NCBI GenBank assembly: GCA_043228905.1
Contig: JBHGNT010000003.1
Span: 18,414,001-18,478,000 of the forward strand
Direction: 5' to 3'
DNA from: Azolla caroliniana
Taxonomy: Eukaryota > Plantae > Polypodiophyta
DNA length: 64,000 bases
Positions 12,601-24,100 of this stretch are shown here, piece after piece (position 1 is the first letter of the stretch; each line of letters opens with the position of its first letter). The notes beneath the pieces were generated by a model. It made no database searches and was not told where the DNA came from. It saw only the letters and a program-made list of their open reading frames with translations. The position numbers were made by a program, and so were the translations under genes.

Positions 12601-15600
12601 CGTATAATAGAAATAAGGATGGAGCTAGTGGGCATCCCTGTGGTATAGATCGGGATATTCGAAAAAAGGGGGGCCCCCTTTCACCTGCCAACACGTTCGC
12701 GTTCACAAGTGGAAGGACCGTGCACAAGTGGAAGGATAAGGAATATTCCGTTTGATTTTGGTATTTTTTTTGCCATTTCACAAAACACCTTGATACTGGT
12801 ATCACATGTTCTCTAAAACTTGATGAAAAAGTTGAAAATTTCACCATTTGGTAAAATTGAAAAATGCCAAATTTTGGTCAAATACGAAAAGTAACTTTGT
12901 GTATTTTTAAAGAAAAATGACAATTAATAAGTTTTTAGATCTTAACGAAATCAAAAGCAACGGATTTCAAAACAATGAACATTTTTATTTCATTCGATAA
13001 AATGTTGTCTAAATTTGTTACACATAGTTGCACAACAAATTCATTTGGGAACTATTTGCATAAATATCATCATTCTTTTCATGAGAATCACTGCTATAGA
13101 TAATATACAATTGTGACTCTTCCTCCTCATTTTCAAATGTACCAATCAAATCATTGTCTTCACCAAATGGTGTCTCCAAATTGTGTGCAGTAAATCTTGT
13201 TCACCTTCAATCTGAGATATCTTCTAGACTTGGTAATATCTCGTTTATTATGTATATAGTTGTTGTCCTTAAACATCCAACTTTTGTTAGTGTAAAGTCA
13301 TACACAATGATATCCACCTAACTAATGTCAATGATAGATGTGTTACAAAGGTTTAATGCATCATCACGTCCAAAACTTTACCAATGCAGAATTGGTTCCC
13401 TAGCTCATGGCCATCTACATGTGTAGTTATTAATATCCCCACCTTGAGTTCTTGCAAGTTTCCTTGTCACCTGAGTTATGCTCGCGTTGTCATCCTTTGT
13501 TCCACATAAATGTTTCTCTGTTGTAGATGAGCCAAACTATAAAGATCAACATTAAGTGCTTGAAGTGGTAATTGAGAACCACGAGAATACTTTATAGACC
13601 ATGTAAATGACATTTGCAAGGTTCAATTACCATCAACACAATTATTAATGGTTTTTTGTTAATCAATGATGCACATGTTCACCATAAGGTATCTTGTTAT
13701 GCAACATACTTCTTTGCACTATCGATATGCATCTTTTTCTCTTCTGAAAACAAAGATTTTAATACGATTCAAGTTCATTTTTTAAAAAAACAAGAAGATT
13801 TTTAAACATGAACTCAATATGTTGTATCGAGTTGATGAAAAAAACAGAGTTTTGATCATAATTCTATACAACGTATTGAATTCATGTTCAAAGTTTTTTT
13901 TACCGGATTTAAAAAAAAATATTAATAATAAGTTGAGCTTGAGTTCATATAAAAACCAGATTTTTCATCACAAATCGATACAATGTATTGAGTTCATGTT
14001 TAAAGTAATTTTTTCTAATTTTTTTTTATTTTTTTCTAAATTTTTATGGAAAAAGAATAATTTTAAACATGAATTCGATACATTGTATCGACTTGTGATG
14101 AAAACTCTGGTTTTTTCATCATTTATTAAAGCTCAAAAAAAAAAAACCAAAATAAATAGAAAAAAAAAGCAATTTTTTTAAAAAATCCCAAAAAAAAGCT
14201 TTAAACAAGTTAGCTTTTCAATACGAACTCATACATTGTATCGAGTTTGTGTTGAGAACTCTAATTTTTCAACACGAACTCGATACATTGTATCGTGTTC
14301 ATGTTGAAAAGCTAACTTTTTGACATGAACTCGATACAATGTATCGAGTTCATGTTTAAAAAACTTCTTGTCTTTAGCCTATCCGTTAGCGTTAGTTCCT
14401 TGTCCAACATCATACCCAAGGAGTTTCCAATAGTAGGAAGTAACATGTATTCTAAGGATAATCCCAGAAACAACGTTGTTACCTTTTTCATAGAATCATC
14501 CTGTTGCACAGCTTTCTCTAGGTTAAAACCATGTGTCCATTTACGCATGAACAACCATGTGTTCCGAACCTAGCATGGAGATATTGCTATGAGGTTCGTT
14601 GTGGAATCCTTGTCCTCTAGTATGATGTGATAGAAGCCTTTACCAAGCGGTTGAACTTTTTTTATACCACCTATTTGTGAATGAAATTTAGCTTGCAGCA
14701 TATCTCCCAACAATCCTCTGTTTGGTCGTGATCCCATCACGCGGCATATGACCGTTATTCGCTCAAGGCGCTCTATCTCTTGCTCAAGTAGAAGCATTTC
14801 TTTGTTATTGAAAATAATCTGAACAGGACCCTTGTTATTATAGTTGTTTTTATCTTGCATTTTTCCGTTATTGATCGAGGGGTCTGTTTGTGTTATGTGT
14901 TCGATAGTGGCGATGTTCGAGGTTTCCATGATTGACGAAGTCTTCCAATGTGTTTGGGGGGGTAGTAGTCAAGCTTCTTCTTTTCTTTTTCTTTTTGGTT
15001 TACGAGGGTGGGGGCCCAACTACTCGAACTGTGGTTGGGGGGTTCTCACTTTTCAGACTAGGAGAGGGACCCACTGTTTGAACTGTGGGGGGGACCCACT
15101 TTTCGAATTATTGCAATTTCAATTGATAGCATAGCAAAGCTAATTAATTTGTAACATTTTTTGTTTTTGTAGAATGATCGTATGCAAGATTTTCTATCCG
15201 GAGAGTTTATTCAAGAGATGATATTTCCTATAGAACATGTATGTGACACTATCCATATGCTATCACATTCTTTCCTTTTCTTTCTTTGCAAATCCTATAG
15301 ATATATATTTTTAAAGTACCTAAACATCGGTCACATTTGTAACATCCCAACATAACATGAAAGGTATGTAACATGATATTGGACTTCTAGTGTGTAAACT
15401 CCTTAACACCCCTCTTGGTGGGGGAACTAAGGCAAATAAATCAATCTCATGGTAAATGAAAATGTCGACTTATAAAGTTATAACTATAGGGAAATAAAAT
15501 AGAGAAAAGAGTACTAGTATCACATTTTTTAAATTTATTTTCGTGTTGAGTATGAGTAGAGAAATGTTAATTCCCATGTTAGGATTTTTATTACAAACTT

Positions 15601-17272
15601 CGATGTTTTTATTTTGTTGATCCTTCAACTCCAATCCTCACGATCTTTATGGCAAGATCATACCTCTAATTATAAGGTGTTGTAAAAATAAGTGATATAT
15701 AGGACATTCATCTTTCAAACTCCCAAGTTTACCATAGACCCCTATTCCTAAGGTAGTCAAACATGACCTCCTCTAGGTGCCACATCATTTGCCCCTTGGC
15801 CTATTTGTCTAATGTGATACTCTAGAAAGTGTTGGGGATAAAGGGCCATCATGCTTTTATTAATGCAGAGGTGTGATGCAAAGTACCCAAAAAATAAATA
15901 TTGTAAATCTCCCTATCGCTGCCTCTGCTCCTCCCATTGCAATTGTCTCCATGTCTCCCCCTATATCTATCTCTATGTATGTGTGGTTGAGTGGCGCCTT
16001 GAGATGCTCTTAGCTCATTTCACAAAGACCATCCAAACAAAACTCAGTCCTCATATTTTTAATTCTACCATGGACCCCAATTCATACATTAGTCAAACCC
16101 TAATTGAATGATTAGATAAAGGGGCATAACACATTAACAGTCATTGAGCTTTATATCATAATCCAAAATGCAACTTTAACAATAACAACCCAAATAGCCT
16201 TAAAAACACTTCAAAGAAACCTAATTCAAGATGGGATTGCCATTTAACATCGTGTGCTAAATCCCACCATCATACACAATTGGATAATGTGCATTGTTAC
16301 TGCACATTCACAACTCTTCAACATATTATATACATTCTGCAATGAAAGCATTTATATTTTGTGAGTGAATAATAGATCTATCTATAGCTCTTGTTCTACC
16401 CATAGTATAAAAGGGCCACATAATAAGAAACCATATTTAAACATCTGAGATATATCTGAAACCTTCTTTGCAAAATTTTGAATGCCATGATTTGGCTTTT
16501 TGTCAATTAAATAAAATTCTTCGAAAAGTTATGAAGCCAAGATTTGGCATACAGTTAATTCAAACTTGGCACATTCCCCTATGTCCCAATGGAAGATCCA
16601 TAAAGACACAAACACCTCAATCGGCATAGCATATTGCAATGCAACTTTTACTATGGTGGTTAGCAATTGACTACCCCAAAGTTTATGTTAAGAGAGTATT
16701 AAGTGTTCAACAATAACAAACTTGAGTATTTAAAAGTGGAACATTATCACCAACATGTTCCCTTGTGGCTTCAATGCTCATTTTACCGACATAGCTCCCC
16801 AACACTTCTATTTCAAGACAAATTATCTCATATACATCTTTTAAGAAACCAGATATTCTAATTACTCTATGACTCTCCTAATTCAACCATGTTTTGGGGA
16901 GCAATAAAAAAAATATGGATCATGGGAATGACGATTCATTATACTACTTTGAATTCAGTAGCAAATGACCATGCCTAGCAATTCAAATATAGAAACTATG
17001 TACCACTATATCCGAAATCCATGACAAACATCAAAGAGGGAGAATGTACACAAATTCGTTAGACCTAAATGGTTCTGCATTAAGGAGCCAAAAGAAATAT
17101 CTAGCAAATTCAATGATGATAAACTTTGTCCTCGATAGGAGAGCATGTCAAATAGTTTATAATGTATATAGAATAAGGTGGCATTGCCTAAAGATACATG
17201 ACAAGGAAGCAATGCCACAATTGATAATAATGCTTGACATATTGTACATGCATGAAATGCATTACTAATAGG

Positions 17273-17319
<47 letters not shown>

Positions 17320-17813
17320 ATTACCAAAGAGAAAGAGAAATAATACATGAATTGTGTATAGTTGAACGTGAGAAATGATATATATGAGAGGCTACTATGC
17401 ATTAACGATACCCCTCAAGAGTTGTTGGAAGGGTTTTCAAAGTACGAAATTGCACTACATGAAAAGGGGAGCCTCACAAAAAGACCCTCGGGTTGTTGTA
17501 TATGTCTTGAGGTAAAGTTATGATGTTTTTTCATTTTTATGAGTAAAACAACTTCTCTCTAAGTGTGTGTGTGTGTTTTGTTTTGTACATACATATTATG
17601 TGCATAGAGATATACATATTCGTATGTGTGTGTCTAGATACATGTTTATATATCACCATTGATACATAATACTTTGATTTGATTGGCCAGGAATTAAAGA
17701 TTGGAGACATTGCCAAGGCCTTACCATTTTGTAACCATATTTTCCATTCCAACTGTGTAGATCAATGGCTTATCACGAATGCCACTTGTCCCATTTGTAG
17801 ATATTGTTATTAA
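6627..17813 (+). CDS. NEP1-interacting protein-like / ATL-type RING-H2 E3 ubiquitin ligase with N-terminal TM segments, 211 aa, 5 exons
   Basis: Exons are 6627-6762, 7445-7605, 15173-15238, 17362-17511 and 17691-17813. All introns are GT-AG with compatible phases, giving 636 nt of open frame. The protein runs ...[47 protein letters not shown]...[19 protein letters not shown]...[44 protein letters not shown], with RING spacing C-x2-C-x15-C-x-H-x2-H-x2-C-x10-C-x2-C. Confidence 0.85.
10473..12694 (-). mobile_element. L1-type LINE, 3' part of ORF2 (RT C-terminal half) plus 3' end, inside RING gene intron 2
   Basis: Motifs [24 protein letters not shown] (about 12490-12510), KYLG and [18 protein letters not shown]-rich tail at about 10473-10492 on the minus strand. 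The 3' end is shared with 56320-56684. Confidence 0.85.
12695..14365 (-). mobile_element. Internally deleted second copy of the Sola1-like element
   Basis: The reverse complement of 12695-12850 matches 4900-5054. Region 13100-13745 matches the transposase 3' region (e.g. [14 protein letters not shown] vs MDIIVYDFMLTKVG). Region 13760-14351 carries the same 25-bp palindrome. Confidence 0.8.
13760..14351. repeat. Second, degenerate GAACTCGATAC-NNN-GTATCGAGTTC palindrome array
   Basis: Palindromes occur near 13810, 13860, 13971, 14071, 14225, 14276 and 14327. The last three keep the 51-bp period. Confidence 0.85.
14366..15105 (-). mobile_element. LINE 5' region / ORF1 (DUF4283-like) fragment
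   Basis: The peptide [20 protein letters not shown]...[15 protein letters not shown]...[10 protein letters not shown]...LSLEY...IGNSLG is the plant L1 ORF1 RRM-like pattern. Confidence 0.75.
17277..17315. repeat. (GA)n microsatellite in RING gene intron 3
   Basis: Read directly from the sequence. Confidence 0.9.
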
Positions 17814-19483
17814 TATGAGCAAATAAAAGTAGAACGTTTATTTTGTCTTGAGTAAAACATATTTCCCATCAACATGTTAAATATAAAAAGAGTATTTGAT
17901 TAAAGGGAAACTAAGGCCTCAAACATTTTGTAACCGTGTTTCCTTATTCAAGTTGTATAGATAAATTGCTAATCAATCATGGCAATTGTGTCATTCCAAG
18001 AGTTTGTTAAGTGTTTTCACATCTACATGTCTTTTATTTGTATGCAAGTGCAAGTAGTTAACTATATGTCATTGGAATGCTTATGGAAATGTAGAAAATA
18101 AGTTTTAATCTTATTTCAAACAAACCTTTCTCCATGAAAAAATGATATTCCAAACAACTTGCCTATTCACGATCCTACATTTTTATCAATTTTGGTAGTA
18201 GGGTCTTATCTTTGTGTGTTCAATATTTGCATCTCTCTCTCTCTCTTTTATTTACATAGCATTCTTTAATTATAATTGGGCATGAGAGTTGAAATACTCC
18301 AAGCTTAAATGGAGAAAGGTGTATTTGAACCCATTTTTTCAATGTAAATACAAATATGTCAAATTTATAGGGAAAAGTTAATAGAAGTATCATAAAGGTG
18401 CAACAAGGTGTTTTTTGGGGCATAGATACCGACATATCACATGATACCACTTCGCCAACTCTTGGAGTCAGTTAACACAATGTCAAAAGTCACAAACACG
18501 AAGAGACACCTCTTCACGAAAGGATACATTTGTGATTAGAACAAATATGGCTTAACGCCAAGTTTTGTATAGACACTCATCACAAGTGTTACAATCATTA
18601 TTTCGCCTAATACAATTCCATCATTTCATCATTCAAAACAAAGAAGTGTAATAATAGAAGAACACGAGTTAAGAGCATACATGTTCTCCAAAATTTCAAT
18701 GGTCCTTGATCCTAGTTTCAAGTATTCCTAAAAGCAATGCATTTTGTGGTTCATATGCTAGCTAACTAACATCGAATGGATGCAACTCAAGTTAAGTTGG
18801 TTGGAACCTTATTGACAAGAAAAACACTAGCATAGTTGGTATCGTTACTAGAAAAGAATTCATGTTTGATTAAAGACTTTGATGTTTATATCAAGAATTT
18901 TCAATCAGGTTTTGGAGATACGAACTATGTGAGAATGATGACCAACAAGATTTGAAGGTTATGACAAGGAGATCCTATCTCAAAGATAAATGGCATGTTT
19001 TTGCCTTTTGGATTGTGATATTCCTTTAGATAAAAAGACATTAATGGAACTCATTGAAAGGGAATATAACACCCGATCTTCGACAATGTGACTTTTGCCA
19101 TGAAGCGCAGGAGACTACCAAGCATTCACATGTTTTTCTTAATACTAATGAGGAAAATCTTTGAAAGAAAGAAAAAAGACATTAATGAACTTATTTTGGC
19201 GTTGCCTTATGGAATATTATAAAAGATATTTTACTTGGGTGAAAGCATGGGAATGGAAACACTATTATAGTTTTGGCATGGCCTTATGGAATGATGTAAA
19301 GGATATATTTTACTTGGGTGAAGGCATGGGAATCAAAACATTATTATAGCGAACATGTAGCTAAGAAGGCAAAATAGCTAACTAGATATATTGTTTTAGT
19401 TGTTTCTTTACTGTGTGGGTTTTAAAGGTACATATCATTTGGTATGTGGGGTAAAATATTGGAATGTCCACATTTTCAAATTT

Positions 19484-20293
19484 GGGCACACAGAGTTACA
19501 TAGGGTATTGTACATTCATGTTTGGACCTTTAATGTCAATACACTCCCTCATGATCCCTAGTATGGCATCAAACTTCAAACAAATTGAGCATTGCCCATG
19601 CAAATACAAAAAGTTCTAGGGCACACAGAGTTACATAGGGTATCGTACATTCATGTTTGGACCTTTAATGTCAATACACTCCCTCATCATCCCTAGTATG
19701 GCATCAAACTTCAAACACATTGAGCATTGCCCATGCAAATACAAAAAGTTCTAGGGCACACAGAGTTACATAGGGTATTGTACATTCATGTTTGGACCTT
19801 TAATGTCAATACACTCCCTCATCATCCCTAGTATGGCATCAAACTTCAAACACATTGAGCATTGCCCATGCAAATACAAAAAGTTCTAGGGCACACGGAG
19901 TTACATAGGGTATCGTACATTCATGTTTGGACCTTTAATGTCAATACACTCCCTCATCATCCCTAGTATGGCATCAAACTTCAAACACATTGAGCATTGC
20001 CCATGCAAATACAAAAAGTTCTAGGGCACACAGAGTTACATAGGGTATTGTACATTCATGTTTGGACCTTTAATGTCAATACACTCCCTCATCATCCCTA
20101 GTATGGCATCAAACTTCAAACACATTGAGCATTGCCCATGCAAATACAAAAAGTTCTAGGGCACACGGAGTTACATAGGGTATTGTACATTCATGTTTGG
20201 ACCTTTAATGTCAATACACTCCCTCATCATCCCTAGTATGGCATCAAACTTCAAACACATTGAGCATTGCCCATGCAAATACAAAAAGTTCTA
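19484..20293. repeat. 6 x 135-bp near-identical tandem repeat
   Basis: Units start at 19484, 19619, 19754, 19889, 20024 and 20159 (GGGCACACAGAGTTACATAGGG...AAAAAGTTCTA). Confidence 0.97.
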
Positions 20294-21177
20294 GCATCAA
20301 CTAGAAAATACAAAAATCAAGGTATTTCCATACAACCAGTTTACATTAGGGCCTCAATTACCTCTTCATCTAAGTAGTTATCAATATATCTATGGTTTTA
20401 TTTATTTATCTTTTAAACAAACTCCTGATAAATTTTGTTTTCTTGCTGATTAGGGCAATGTCATTAGAGTCACACACCAAGATATCATGCAAATCACAAT
20501 CTAACATGTAAGATTTTTGAATGATTTACGGATAGTCAAATATTCATACATTTAAGGTACACACATAAGCATGGTTTTGGTTAGCATGAGATGCTAACAA
20601 ATATGCAATGATGGTTAACAAACATATGTTTCCTTTTAGGTTTAGACTCAGATATGCAAATACATATATTGTATGTCCATAAGGTTAGAAACACATTCTA
20701 ACATAGTTAGGTTTCAAATCACATACTGCATGTATGCATTGATGGTCAAAATCATATTCTGGTTGATATATAGTTAGCGTTAGAATCACATATATCATAT
20801 CTACGTTGATAGTCAAAATCAAATTCTGACTGATATGTAGTTAGGGTTGGAACAACGGTAATGGTTACAATCAGATTATGATAGATATGTAGTTCTTAAT
20901 ATTTTAAATATTCTCCCATCTCCCTCCCTCTATATAATTGGGCAGTTTTATTTATATAGAATAAATTGGAACGACAATCATTTGTACAAAAGTTGAAAAA
21001 GTTTGAATCATTACCATGAGAATCCACAGATTGCAATCAGGATGATATCTTAGTATGATTCTATTTTGCATGATCATTACACTTTAATAAAAAAACTCAT
21101 TACAAGTCTATTTATTTATTCACAAAGGAATTTCTTTCAACAAAAATTCGTAACAAGATAGTGGTCAAATAAAAAAT

Positions 21178-24100
21178 CTAATCGCTTGCATTTGCAATGC
21201 CCACCATATTAAGCATGTTTCGATCTTCTTTAAAGCGTTGAAGTATCGTTCCTCCATGGGTGCTAGTTTTCTTACAATCACTATCGCTTTCTGAGACTAT
21301 TCCCCAACATTCTATAACATCAATACTGAACTCTGACTTTTTCGAAAGAAGTGGGTTATTGAATGTCACAGATGGGTATGTGTACCCTTTATCGAAGCTC
21401 GCTGGAATGAATATACCAAAGTGGTTTTTTTGTCCTCCAAAACCAAGGCCATTTGGTATGCTTTGTGACGTATAATTGGATGCACACTATAGAAGAGATG
21501 AAACTACCATTACTATAAAAACAATTAGACTATCTTATCTAGTGAAAAAATATACATTACAACCTCTAATGAAGAAAATGAGACTCAGCATTATGTTAGT
21601 TCAATGAAATAGAAATTTAGATAATTTAATGAAAAATTTGACTAATCATTTTCACTTACCCATTGTACATTATTATTACTACCGGAAGCTCGATAAATGG
21701 CTGTCCGGGGCTGAAGGCTAAACAAAAAGGACTTGAGATCTCCAAAGAAATCAGGATGGCGATCCCACGAGTTACTTGCAAAGCCACCAAATATACATCC
21801 CTCCTCATCCTTTATTAGGAGAATGCTTGATCCTACAAAGCTGTTTCCACACTTAAAGACCAACAATAAGCATATACATGCATATTTCCATAATCACAAA
21901 CACACATAAGATCCCACAAGTTTCTCACACACCCATTGCATGGCCACTTACATACATACATATATCTCGTATTCCCATTACAGGGACGAGTATAGACACT
22001 AAAAAGATTATGTATATGTATATATATATATATATCAGAGAGAGAGAGAGATAAGTTTGGCTTATGTGATTATTGCGTAACATACGATAATTGAGTGAGA
22101 AATGTGTTGAAACTCAATCCATGGAGAGAACTGTGGTAAAGAAGGATCCACTCTTCTGTGTCCTGTTGTTGAAGAGCCCCTGAGATGTGCCATGCAAACT
22201 CTTTCCTCAAAACTAGCTTTATATTTTCCGGAACCTTTGATAGTTTAGGAACTAGACGACCCAGCACATTCTGCTCTGCAAATTAGTCATAAAAGACGTA
22301 GAGCTGTTAAAAACAACACAAAAAAAGAAGCCATCCCTAAAGAAAAGAAAAGAGAACACATCACCTTTGCTAGAGTTAATAAAAAGTTCACCTTCCCGAG
22401 AAAAAAATATTCTTTTATTACACGAAAAAAGGCATTCTCTTCTTAAAGTAAAAGAGAAAAGAAAATGTTTTCCAAATACAGAAAATTATGAAGAAAAACA
22501 GCTTACCAGGAGAGGGTTGAGCCATAAGGCTGGAGAGGAACTTTTTGATGGAGGGTACAAGTAAGCACCATGTGTGAAAATCTTCAGTGGACATGCACTC
22601 CTCATCCCCGTCATTTCTAATAGAAAAAGGTGCTGTGTTAACAAAAGCTTGTATAATATTGTCTGGCAAGCTTGCACCAGGAACAGCCTCACCGGGGCCC
22701 ATCACTGTTTGTAGAATCGAAAGAACCACTGATTCAGCTTCAGTCCTGAAATTTATACATGATGTTTATCAGAGGGAGAGTTTTAACCAGATTTTGAAGG
22801 GCCTCATGCTTTAATGACACACTCGCTAAAATTCTCAAGCTGACTGAAGGACAATATCACCTCTGAATAAGAATAACACATCTTTTGTGCCTTAATCAGT
22901 TTTAGCACGCTGACATCACATGGATACAATAAATGCAGGTACAAGTGTCCGTCTTCATTTATTAGAACCAGCAACATTGGTTATACCAAAAATGTCACCA
23001 TTATGATTGCAAGCTTGTGAGAGGTAATCCTAACATCTCCTTGGATAGCTAAAAAATTAGTTCACATTCCTCTTAGCTAAGTGAATAGATAGCTATGGCA
23101 TATGTGCCTTATATTTTATATGTGAAAGCGGTGTAGTATGCCCATTAAAAACAAGAACCTATTATTATTGAGGTTTTGTCATCTCTGTAAGGTAATAAAT
23201 TGGTCCCTGGATGAAAAATGTTATCTCACAGCATAGCCATGGATCCTCCTCGGTGACATAATTGAACCCCAACCTTCCCTTAAAAATAATGAAGAGGATT
23301 GGCCATTTGTGATTTATAACCAAACTAACACAACAAATCCCCTAGACACAAAATTAAATTTCTCTTCTGAGGAACATAATCATTGCATATCACACCATGT
23401 AAGCATGAAGACACAGCCATAAACAATTTCGGAGGTCCTAGAGAACTCAAAAAAATGTTGTAATGGTACGAACACCTATAATTCCAATCTTCTTCCCTCA
23501 GGACCTTCATAAAAGCCCTATTTTGTCTTGTCAATCATCGTTGAGAGTAAGCACTTCCGAAAACTAACTAGTGTTTGACTTTAGAACAATGCAGTGAGAT
23601 CATCACACTATCATATTCGAAATATCTAGTGAGGATTAGAAATATGGAGAATTGATTAGATAGACATATACAGTTGCACTCATAGAGATGTATAAATACA
23701 AATTTTCCCTTACATATGAGAGCAGCTCACAGTGGTAATCTTCCCATGCACTTACACCTTAGAGTTGAGAGTACTCACTTCCGAAAACTAACTAGTGTTT
23801 GACTTTAGAACAATGCAGTGAGATCATCACACTATCATATTCGAAATATCTAGTGAGGATTAGAAATATTGAGAATCGATTAGATAGACATATACAGTTG
23901 CACTCATAGAGATGTATAAATACAAATTTTCCCTTACGTATGAGAGCAGCTCACAGTGGTAATCTTCCCATGCGCTTACACCTTAGAGCTTATATGGGAT
24001 CTGAATTGGTTGACTATAGAGTTAGTTGACACAGATAATGGTCACAACATCGGAGTGTAAGAGAAAGAAGGTGGACATTTATATTGTGTTTGGTCTTATT

